Assembly (NCBI GenBank): GCA_964016885.1
Contig: OZ024742.1
Span: 322,586,001-322,650,000 of the forward strand
Direction: 5' to 3'
Length of the DNA stretch: 64,000 nucleotides
DNA from: Eledone cirrhosa
Lineage: Eukaryota
The notes under the pieces were generated by a model. It was not told where the DNA came from, ran no database searches, and was given only the letters and a program-made list of their open reading frames with translations. Shown here piece after piece: positions 43,681 through 54,275 of this stretch. The number at the start of each line of letters is the position of its first letter. The stretch's first letter is position 1. The translations under genes and the position numbers were made by a program.

Positions 43681-44009
43681 TAATATATAGAAAACCTGTT
43701 GTAATATCCTGATAATTTCATGTGCATTGATTATTTTTTATGAAATAACAAATTTTGAAAAGAAAGGAGAAAATGAATAAAACAAAAGATGGCAAAAACT
43801 AAAAGAAAATGAAATAACAACTGACATAGCATGTTTGTGAATGGAAGGTGGTAGTTGTTGAATTGGTAATTGGTTTCCAGGAGTGGGTGGAGTAAGATGA
43901 GGGTGGGAGGAAAAGACAATAAATGGTACAAGAGAGCATTGTTTGTCTCATGTCATTTATAAACTCATTTTGTTGTTGTTTCATTTGTTTTAGTATATTG
44001 GAGGTTATG

Positions 44010-44630
44010 TAACTGCTTTGTTTCTTTCTTGACTTTTTCTCTTTTCTTCTTAGTTTAGCTTCTTTCTCATCTTGTCTCCTTATCTCCTTGTTTTCTTTTA
44101 TTTCATCTTCTCTCATCAGTCTCCGTCTCACCTCTTTTCTTGTCCCATTCTCTCTTGTCTTGTCTTGTCTCTGTTTCATCCATCTCTTCCCCTTTTTCAT
44201 CTTACCATCTCTTTTCCTCTTGTCTTCTCTCTTCTTGCTTCTTCACCTTTTCTTTCTTCTCTTCTCCTCTCTTTTCGTCTCCTCTTTTCTCTTTCATCTC
44301 TCTCATTTCTTCTACTCTCCTCTTCTCATATCACCATCTCATTTCCTCATCTCTCCATCTCATCTTGTGATGTCTAGTCTTCTTTCTTTCTTCTTGATTC
44401 CTTGTCTCATTTCCTCTCCTCATCTTGTCTTCTCTCATGTTGCCTTGTCTCCTCCCCTATTTAATCTCCTCACCTATTCTCTTCTGTCCTCATCTTGACC
44501 CATCTCACCTTGTTTCATCTCTTGTTTTACCTCATCTCTTCTAGTCTTGTCTATTAATTCTTCCCTTACTGCCTTTTGATTTGTACCATATCTCCTATTA
44601 TCTCTTCTCGCCTTATATTACTTTGTCTTC
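44010..44630. repeat. CT-rich polypyrimidine low-complexity tract
   Basis: Degenerate (tctt/tctc/tcatc)n. Confidence 0.85.
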
Positions 44631-47600
44631 CTGATACTGCAACACGCCAGTGTTCATGTGACCTCACTCACCCTTGATGTTAACTACTCTCCACAATTAC
44701 TGTGCTTTATAGTCAAACTAAATTCGGGTATCAAACATTGCTACATGTCCATTGCTTTCACCAGCTGGCTTTAAATTCACCAGCTGGCTTTAAAGACCAG
44801 ATCCACTCCAATCTACTTTACCTAGATTAAATTTTAATTAACTAATCACCTTGTTTTCAAATTAAAAAAACCGCTGCAGTGAGGTTTTGAAACGGGGCCT
44901 ACATTTCCATCTGGCTTGAACCTGTTACCAGCTTTGGGGCAGAGGGTCTTACATTTCACATCTGGCTTGCTCCTATTACCATTTTTGCATGGACTTGTGT
45001 GTATATGTGTGTGAAGGTGCTTGTATGTGTGTATTACATTATTTGTTATAAAACCTTTAGGCTTGACACAAACACATGATACCTGATGGAGTGGGGGGGG
45101 TGGGGGGGGGGGTGATATTAATCTTTTTGACAATAACCTAGGTAAAACCTGGCTCTAGTTCTATGTAACTCAACCACCTATTTTAAAGGGTTCCTATTGA
45201 AATTAAAATCTATCATATTTTTATATATAAACCATGTTAACTTACAGTCTCAACTATGAAATAATTGTTTCTACTTTTGGCACAAGGCCAGCAATTACTC
45301 AGTAGATTACTGGTACTTTATTTTATCGACCCCATAAGGATGAAATCCCTTAAAATTCTTCAATAATTAATTGAAATTCAATGTGTATTATTAGAAGTAC
45401 AGTCAAGAATGGGTGAAACATTGAGAGAGTGAGAGGGGGGGGGAGGTCAGAAGTGTTAGGGAAGATTTTCTAGTTTCTTAAAACTCCCAGCCACCTCCTT
45501 TTTTTGTTATTTGTTTGCATATTATAATTCTCCCTTTTGATGTTTGTTGCTGTTTTTAAACACCCCCCCCCCCCTCACAGATTTAAAGATTGTTTGTGTC
45601 AGTTAACAAACATGATTTTCAATGATTTGAAAGACTATGTAGAGACATAAATATGAGAGCATACATATGTATATGTGTATGCATATGTGTGTGTGTGTGT
45701 GTGTATTTATATCATCATTTTACATCCGCTCCCTGGGTGTATATACATGTGTGTGTGTGTATGTATGTATGTATGTATGTATGTATGTATATATATATAT
45801 ATATATAGTGTTTGTATGTATGTATATATATGTATTTATGTATGTATATATATCACACACACATACATGTGTGTGTATAGATGTTTGTAGATGTGATGTA
45901 TAAACTAGATCAGTATTGAACTGCATATATTCTATTTCTTGCACTTATATATTGATACCAATCAATAAATCTAATTTCCTGTCATATACAGACACATATC
46001 TCTTTAAACATACATCAGTGGGTATGTATATATGTCTATATCTGTGTGTGTGTGTATATATACACATGCACACACACATATTGGTATACATATATTAATA
46101 TATATATATGTGTAGATAGATAGATAGATATTTTGTGTGTGTGCGCGCGTGCATAACAATATACATTCTAATATATATTTACACATACTTCAATGGATTT
46201 TATATATGTTGTCTTTTAAAAACTGTAACAACACATTAAAGCCAGGTTTCTACTAACTTTACAATATCTGTTTCCTTCACACACCTATTGTAACATTTTC
46301 TTCAGTTCAGTTCAGTGTAGCAAATGTATTTGATATAATATGCCAGAACATGATGTAGGCAGCTGTCTTATTGGCAATGTTCTCTCGCTTTCACTATATA
46401 TATATATTGTGTTAGTGCTGGTGCCACATAAAAATGCGCCCACTACACTCTGTAAACTGGTATTCCTGGTGACGTGATTAAATGCACCCACTACACTCTG
46501 TAAACTGGTATTCCGGGTGACATGATAAAATACATCTAGTAGACTCTGTAAAGGGGTTGGCTGGCAATAGGGGGGGGGGGTGGCGTCTAATCATAGGAAA
46601 CTTGCTAAAATGAAATGCATGAGTATGGCGTGATTCTTATACTGATCTAAACTCAGATCATGACAACCCGTCCTACCATGATGTACAATTGATGTAAAAA
46701 AACATGATGATGATTTCTGTTGAACCCGTTAAACCGAAAAAATGATTAATGAAAGGAAAATGATACTTGTAGTATTTATACTTTTCCTCTGTTTCATTAA
46801 TGGCATAGATGTAGAGAAGTAAAATAAAGGGGACTGAACTCTTGTACCCTACAAGAACTCAAGTTCAGTTTCAACCCCTATGATTCCATGGTTTTGTCTC
46901 ATAAAGTCAGAGGCATTTTTGACCATGTTAATATCAAGTTAAAAGCTTGTTGTTGGTTTTTTAATTTTTTAATTGCTTAAATCAATAGCCCTGAAAGTGG
47001 AATGCATGCCCTATGTGGAGTGAATTGTGGAGCCCAATTTGAATATTTTCGAGGGCAATTTCATAATATACTTATATATAGGTTTATATTGAGAGGGGGC
47101 ATCAAGTTTTTTATGATGTCATGATGGGGCTTAGTGCAAAAGAGGTTAAGAATCCCTGGCTTAGAAAAAGAAGCACAGCTCCTTTGACCCCCCCCCTCCC
47201 CTTTAGGCCCTCTAAAACTGGTTGAAGGTAGAAAAAGTTATCTCCAGACTAGAAACATGGCCCAAATCATTGTAGCAGAGGTGACTTTAATAGGGACACT
47301 AAAAGGCCAGGTGGTATTGTTAAACATAGAACCAGAAGTGGTTTTGGGGTATAGAGAAGCGTTTGTGGTCATTTAAGACGCTAGAAATCTCTATGCCATC
47401 TTTTATTCAGATATGTTTCATTATTCAAAGTATCCTTTTATTTAAGAAGGTAGGGTGGGGTTTGAGGGAGACAGGCTGTTACTTCTAGCTTGGCTGGTTC
47501 TCTTGTATGATACGTGGCAGCTAGCTCTGAGATCACCATATTCACACGGCCTGGTCACAGCTGGTACACTAATACATCAATAACCCTCTTAATGGACTGT

Positions 47601-47880
47601 GTGAGCATGAGTGTGTTGTGGGGTGTATGTATGGGGGGAGGGGTGTATGTGTGGGCATGTGTGTATGTGTGTGTTTGTGTGGGCATGTGTGTGGTGATGT
47701 GTGCTTTTGTAATATTTTTTAAATCTTTTCATTTCTGTTCATTTAAAAGGATTAATGTAGCAGTTGTATCAAAAGGATTTCCTTACTCTCCATATCAATC
47801 TCGTTGTCCCTCTAGTCCAACCCATGCATGGAAAGCAGATGTAAAATGAGGTTTTATATATATATATATATATGTATATA

Positions 47881-48364
47881 CATAGCTTAGTGGTTAGAGC
47901 ATTGGTCTTGCAATCGAAAGGTTGTGAGTTCAATTCTCAGACCGGGTGATGTGTTGTTTCCTTGAGCAAGACACTTTATTTCACATTGTTCCAGTTTACT
48001 CAGCTGTAGAAATGAGATGATGGGGACTGGGGTCCATATCATTCCACTGCAAAGTGGTCGTGGAGGTGCCACGGCAAAAAAGCACCCAGCCCACACTGTA
48101 ACGTGGTCGTGGAGGTGCCACGGCAAAAAAGCACCCAGCCCACACTGTAACGTGGTCGTGGAGGTGCCACGGCAAAAAAGCACCCAGCCCACACTGTAAC
48201 GTGGTCGTGGAGGTGCCACGGCAAAAAAGCACCCAGCCCACACTGTAAATGAGGTTGGTGTTAGGAAGGGCATCCAGCTGTAGAAATCAAGCCAGAATCA
48301 GTTCCCGTCCCACCCTTGCAAGCAGGAAAAAAGCGGACGTAAAATGATGATGATGATGATGATG
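47881..48364 (+). mobile_element. SINE family B, full length, with four tandem copies of an internal 49-bp module
   Basis: A box tagcttagtgg, B box gagttcaattc, modules starting at 48054, 48103, 48152 and 48201, and an (atg)n tail. Confidence 0.92.
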
Positions 48365-48440
48365 AAACACATGTGTGGTGGCCATCCTTTGCCAGTGTTG
48401 CTTAATGAATGAATTAAATACATAATTAATTAATCAGAGC

Positions 48441-48551
48441 TATATGAAATTATAAGTGTGAAGAGCAAATAAACAAAAAATACCTCATTTTTCTTGAAGG
48501 AAAACGAGGTATTTTTTGTCTATTTGCTCTTCACACTTATAATTTTATATA
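48441..48551. repeat. Near-perfect palindrome, 55-bp arms, centre at 48496
   Basis: tatatgaaattataagtgtgaagagcaaataaacaaaaaatacctcatttttctt-g-aaggaaaacgaggtattttttgtctatttgctcttcacacttataattttatata; 4 transition mismatches. Confidence 0.92.
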
Positions 48552-48639
48552 TATAAAGAGAGAGAGAGTTTGGGTGTTACCAGTTTCGACTAATAAGACC
48601 ATGTTCAGCTAAGTACTCGATACTTGAGAATGTAGAGTG

Positions 48640-48756
48640 TATTTATTGTAAATAGTTAGTGCCTGGCAGTTGAGCTGATGCCATTTCGACAGTTGAACTG
48701 ATGCTGTTTTAATGGTGTGAGTTCAGCTGTCGGGCACTAACTATTTATAATAAATA
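48640..48756. repeat. Imperfect inverted repeat (about 45-bp arms), MITE-like
   Basis: atttattgtaaatagttagtgcc... versus ...ggcactaactatttataataaat; the spacer repeats part of the left arm (cagttgaactgatgc). Confidence 0.75.
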
Positions 48757-49276
48757 TATATATATCATCATCATGACTGTTTAAAGTCCATTTTTGCATG
48801 CTAGCAGATAGCATGGGTTAGACAGGTTGTCCCATTTGAGGCAGTTTGTACTGGGTGCTTTTTGTCGTGACACCCACATGACCACTTTACAGTGTGGGCT
48901 GGGCACTTTTTGTCATGTTGCCATCACAACCAATGCACTCAGTCTACTCTGTAAAGTGGTAGTGCTGATGCCACAATAAAATGTATTCAGTACACACTGT
49001 AAAGTGGTTGGCAATAAGGATGAACATTGAACCATAGAAACTATGCCAAAATGGTACATATGATCAAGGTATGATTATTGACATGGTCTAGTGTCAGAAC
49101 ATGACATATTCATCTTATGCCTGTATGGAAAACTGACATAAAACGATGATGATGATTATCATTATGTTGGTACTCTAGCATGGTCTTAGAAGAAAAAATA
49201 GAACCAGTAGAATAAAAGTAAAGATACACACAATGTGTGTGTGTATGTTTAAGTGATAGACAGAGAAATAGATAAT

Positions 49277-49460
49277 TGTTTCTACTTTAGGCACAAGGCC
49301 AGCAATTACCAGTGCATTACTGGTACTTTATTTTATCGACCCCGTAAGGATGAGAGGCAAAGTCAACCTCGGCGGGATTTGAACTCAGATCGTAAAGGGA
49401 CGTAACTATGCTGGAAAGCATGGCGTCCGACCCTCGACCAATACTGCCAATCCACCGCCC
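49277..49460 (-). mobile_element. SINE family A, full length, with target-site duplication
   Basis: Flanked by agagaaatagataat at 49262-49276 and 49461-49475; minus-strand A box tggcagtattgg and B box gagttcaaatcc; CpGs retained. Confidence 0.93.
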
Positions 49461-50018
49461 AGAGAAATAGATAATGATAGACTATAATTTGCCTACTGCC
49501 ATTCCCTCACTCATTCTCTATTTGTTGTTTGATCCCCACCTCTGCTGCATTACATAAAATATATAAATACACTTCGGAAATTATTATAGGTCATTGCAAT
49601 ATAATAATAAATACTGCTACATTATCTCTACTTATTCCATTGTCCCTATATAAAGCATAAAAGGCGGAAATCAATGGTGGTGATGGTTGTGGTATTGATG
49701 ATAATGGTGATGGTGTTGGCAGCAATAATGTTGAAGATGCTGATGGTAATGGTGATGTTGATAATATCAACGATGATGATAACGATATCAACAGAACCAT
49801 TTCATTCAACAACTTCCTCATTTTATATATTGTTTAAGCTTGATCATAGGGCCTATCTGTCTTAGAATGTGTGTGTGTAATATATATATATAAATACAGT
49901 ATATATATATATATATATATATTATATTTCTTTCAACATTGTTTCAATAATATTTCTTCTTTCATGTTTCTTCAATTTTTCATTTACTCATTCTTCTTTT
50001 TTCTTCTTTTCATTTCAG

Positions 50019-50118
50019 CACTGCCAAATACAATTTCGCCTCTTTCCTTCCAAAGTTTTTGTTTGAACAGTTTGGAAGATATGCAAACCAGTTTTTCCTT
50101 TTTATTGCATTACTTCAA
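50019..50118 (+). CDS. ATP8A1: ATP8A-like flippase coding exon (100 nt): [33 protein letters not shown]
   Basis: Long polypyrimidine tract with catttcag| acceptor and caa|gtaagt donor; strongly conserved P4-ATPase motif running into TM1. Confidence 0.95.
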
Positions 50119-50327
50119 GTAAGTACCTTCATAATACACAACTAAGTCTCTTTTGTATGTGTGTGTTTTGTCCAATTCTGTCATTCTGTGATACTTTTGC
50201 CTTGAAAAAAGGGAGATGGCCTAGTGAGGAACATAGAAGTCTCTTTATTCTGTAGCTATATAGGAGGTAGGGGCAAGACAGATCCTCTAGTGCTTATGCT
50301 ACAATGAAATTCACCCAATAAATCATC

Positions 50328-50456
50328 AATAGTCTCATCTACCTTACTGTAATACCACCAAGTCAACCTCCTTCTCTCTGGAGCTTTGCTCCAGCCACAG
50401 ATCTCATCTGTCGCCTTCAGCAGATTACCTTTCAGGAACTTCCATTGCTCCTCTAT
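50328..50456 (-). mobile_element. RTE-clade LINE fragment (region between endonuclease and RT)
   Basis: IEEQWKFLKGNLLKATDEICGWSKAPERRRLTWWYYSKVDETI matches the W...........CG........TWWWN.EV motif of RTE/BovB-like ORFs. Confidence 0.7.
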
Positions 50457-52046
50457 ACACTCAACAAAAATAGTTGGTAAACAATTGGGTGCACTATAGT
50501 GTAGGATGAATATTTGTAAAGAACATAACCTTTCTTGTGCTGGTACTATGATAAAATACACCCAGTGCACTCTGTAAGGTGGTTGATAATCAAGTGGGTA
50601 CACAATAGGGCAGAGAATATTTTAGTCTTGTAAGAGACATAACAGCCTCTCTAGTGCTGGTGCCATGATAAGATGCAGCCAGTACACTCTGTCAAGTGGT
50701 CTTTGCTTTGAAAGAATGGGGATAACATAAAGTGAACAGGAGACTTCTTGCTGCATGTGGGATGGTGGGGCACAGCAATCTTTCTAATGTTGATTTGAAA
50801 GTATAAAGATGACATAGTGGAGAAGGCTCTTCTTGCAATAGCTATGTAGAGAAACAAGTGGTTGACGACGAACAGGTATGATGGAGGGCAGAGAGGGCTC
50901 TTATGACTTGCTAGTGATGTGGACTACATCTGTAGTGCTAGTACCATGAGAAAATGAATCCAATACACTCTGTTTAGTGGTCTTTAGATGAAAACAACAT
51001 AGGATGGAGAGGACACTTTTTGTCATATAGAGGCAAGGCAACCCATTTAGTATTGGTACTAAAATGGTACATGCTACTAAGTCATACTTGATTGAAAGTT
51101 GTAGTGGTGGTGGTAGCTAATACAACAGAACACAGCATTCAGTTTATGCTTGTGGGAGAGCATCTATGTCTTTGCACAACCTGCTAGAAATAACAGCAAA
51201 ATCTGCCCCATTCCTATCCTTACTGTCTTAAAAATGGACACATTAGGTAATGTAGTCCTAATACTGTCTACAAAAAGAGAATTTATGGTTACCACCTACT
51301 TAACTGCCACCAACCATCACCAGAACCACAACCAATTACCACCTGCAGCCAGTGCCGCCCCCAACCTATACCACAATCATTCTCCACCACCACTACCACT
51401 AACACCACCTACATAAGCATCTATCAACCTACCCTTACTACCATTATCCTTTTTACATTCATGTACACACACTCATAATATAGTTGTTGTCAGTTCCAAC
51501 AATAGATTTGCTACAATTGTGGTTTTGTTGGTGATACAAACACTGAATTCTGTTCTGCGACTCTTTTCAATTTTTCAGTTCTTCAATTGTTCTTTAAAAC
51601 AACATATATTTAAATTTCAAAACAAATAAATAAAAAATATAATAAAGTGAATGAATGAAAAAAAAAAATTTTAATTCAAAACAAATAACAATAAATGAAT
51701 GTCTAAATAAAATAAAATGAATAAATATCTTAATTTGAATTTAAAAACAAATATGTGAACATTTAAATAAAATAAAATAAATATTTAAATAAATTAAATT
51801 TTTAAATTTAACAAAAAAAAAGTATATGAATGGTGAGGGATAATTGAAAAAATATCTATTTAAAATAAATAAATAATTAAATGAATATTTAAGTAAATAA
51901 AATAAAATTTTGAAATGTAATTAAAAAATAATGGATGAATGAATGGGAAAAAATTAATATTAAATTTAAAATAGATAGCTATTTAAATAAAAAATAAATA
52001 AAAATATACAAATGAATGAGAAGTAAATATTTAAATTTAAAATGAA

Positions 52047-52480
52047 TCATCATCATCATCATCACTGTTTTACGTCCGTTCTTCCATGCTAGCATGGGTT
52101 AGACGGGTTGTCCTGTTGTGGGCAGTGTCCGGTTGGCTGACCTTGTCTTGCTCATATGGTAACTGATTCTGGCTGGATGCCCTTCCTAACACCAACCTCA
52201 TTTACAGTGAGTGCTGGGTGCTTTTTTTCCGTGGCGCCTACACGTCCACGTTACGGTGTGGGCTGGGTGCTTTTTTGCCGTGGCACCTCCACGACCACTT
52301 TGCAGTAGAATGATAGGGACCCCAGTCCTATCATCTCATTTCTACAGCTGAGTAAACTGGAGCAATGTAAAATAAAGTGTCTTGCTCAAGGAAACAACAC
52401 ATCACCCGGTCCAAGAATTGAACTCACAACCTTTCGATTGCAAGCCCAATGCTCTAACCACTAAGCCATGCGCCTTCACA
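52047..52480 (-). mobile_element. SINE family B, full length, two internal modules
   Basis: (cat)n tail, ttttacgtccgttcttccatgctagcatgggttagacgg, two module copies at about 52201-52300, and a tRNA-like head ending ctaagccatgcgcc. Confidence 0.9.
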
Positions 52481-52741
52481 CAATTATTTAAATAAGAAAT
52501 ATTAAAAATATGAAAAATAAGTAAATAAATGGAAGAATATTTAAATTTTAAATGAAGTAAAGAAATTAATTTAAAAATCTAAATACATAAACGAAAAATA
52601 AATACTAACAGTCCACAACATCATCGAGGGTACTAATGAAATTGGTTAAAAAAATTTAATACAGCCTCTGATGTTGCATGATATGTCTTAAGCTAAGGGG
52701 AAAAGGACCGACATGAGTGGTCACAGACATTTGGTTAAGTG

Positions 52742-52878
52742 CAGTCATGGGCAAACTACGAGCTGCATGTGGCCCATTCGGCTTTCTGAATTGCCTTGAA
52801 ATTTGAAGTAGTGTGGATCACCTTATGATGTGCCACATCCTGTGTGGCCCACTGCTCAAAAAAGGTTGCCCATGCCTG
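52742..52878. mobile_element. hAT-superfamily MITE, 137 bp
   Basis: TIRs cagtcatgggcaa / ttgcccatgcctg; 8-bp TSD gttaagtg (52734-52741) and gtttagtg (52879-52886); subterminal tgtggccc motifs. Confidence 0.8.
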
Positions 52879-53627
52879 GTTTAGTGGTTAAATACACTTG
52901 GCTGGCATGTGAGATATATATTGTTTGATTTCTCACTGGCATTCCTACTCACTGTTTTCCATCTCCAGGGGTATTTTATCTGATTTATTCTACTATTATT
53001 TATAGTTATCTGCATTGTGGCAACTGTATTTTCAAATAAAATAATTATTTAAATAAATAAATAAAATGAAAAAACTATTTAATTATAGAAAAAACAATGA
53101 ATGAAGGGATAAATTAATTAATGTATTTTTCTGTTTCTACTTTTTTTCTCATATTTCTCAATTGTTTCTCTGTTATGTCAGATAGTCTCCTTCTGATCTT
53201 TGTCAACTCCACCTTTCAACTCATCGCCACCACCATCACCATCAACATCATCATCCTCATCACCCCTGACACTACCACCACCACATACTCCCTACTCTGA
53301 CTAGTGTTTTTTAGTAATCAATAAAAAAAGGTTGAATGTAGTCACTCAGTCAGCTACTCACTCTTTCTCTCACTATTACTACTACTAACACAACCATACC
53401 ACCAATACTACTGCCACCACCACCACCTACTACTAACCCTACTACCACCTCCACCACCACTATACCACTAGTAGTGTGATGTGGTGAGTGGGTGAGTGTC
53501 ACCTTTGTACATGGTTAACAATGTTCATATTATTTTAACTACATAGACTGCCAACATAAACATTATTTTAAGTTATGTGGAAAAATAGCACATCACAAGA
53601 ATACTTCACCCCATATATATATATATA

Positions 53628-53835
53628 GTGCTAAGAGTTTCCGAAGAAATAGATCAAGGGAAAAAACACTATGTAATGTACAGAGCAAAAATATATGAAT
53701 AACATCTCAACACAAATGTATGCTACCTAAGGTTTCAAACTTCAACCAGCATAGGGTAACTAAACTAGCAGTTTATACTGGTTGAAGTTTGAAACCTTAG
53801 GTAGCATGCATTTGTGTTTAGATGCTATTCATATA
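53628..53835 (-). mobile_element. Second palindromic (TA)n-anchored element with a hammerhead 3' half; related to the 22.4-kb element
   Basis: 62-bp arms 53692-53753 and 53774-53835 (4 mismatches, 20-nt spacer) containing GAAA-CC-tta-GG-TA. The tail reads gctctgtacattacatag...cggaaact...(TA)n on the minus strand. Confidence 0.55.
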
Positions 53836-53839
53836 ATTA

Positions 53840-54132
53840 TCATCATCATCACCATTTTACGTCCGCTTTTCCCTGCTTGCAAGAGTGGGACGGGAACTGA
53901 TTCTGGCTTGATTTCTACAGCTGGATGCCCTACCTAACACCAAACTCATTTACAGTGACTGCTGGGTGCTTTTTTTGCCGTGGCACCTCCACGACCACTT
54001 TACAGTGGAATGCTAGGGACCCCAGTCCCTATCATCTCATTTCTACAGCTGAGTAAACTGGAGCAATGTGAAATAAAGTGTCTTGCTCAAGGAAACAACA
54101 CATCCCCCGGTCTGAGAATTGAACTCACAACC
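53840..54132 (-). mobile_element. SINE family B, head interrupted at (TA)n, one internal module
   Basis: Near-identical to 22698-22986; ends abruptly at gaactcacaacc|tatata. Confidence 0.9.
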
Positions 54133-54241
54133 TATATATATATATATATGTATGTAAAAGGTAAACAGAAATAACAACACAATCGGTACAGTGTACGGAA
54201 GGAATATATTAGGTTAACGCTTGAAATAGCTGGAAGAGGAG

Positions 54242-54275
54242 CTTAACATTTCGGACACTAGTCCTTCATCAGAAG
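54242..54275 (-). ncRNA. Minimal type-I hammerhead ribozyme motif (PLE-type)
   Basis: Minus strand reads CUU-CUGAUGA-A-GGAC-uagu-GUCC-GAAA-UGU-U-AAG. It has a canonical CUGAUGA core, 4-bp stem II, GAAA, a 3-bp stem I (CUU/AAG) and vestigial stem III, within a ~230-bp segment bounded by (TA)n. Confidence 0.65.

Noticed and set aside
47095-47160. Possible hAT element end (aaagaggttaagaatccctg)
   Set aside because: No matching left TIR or TSD could be identified.
47881-47950. tRNA gene
   Set aside because: A and B boxes are present, but there is no complete cloverleaf and the sequence continues into a SINE body. It is a SINE head.
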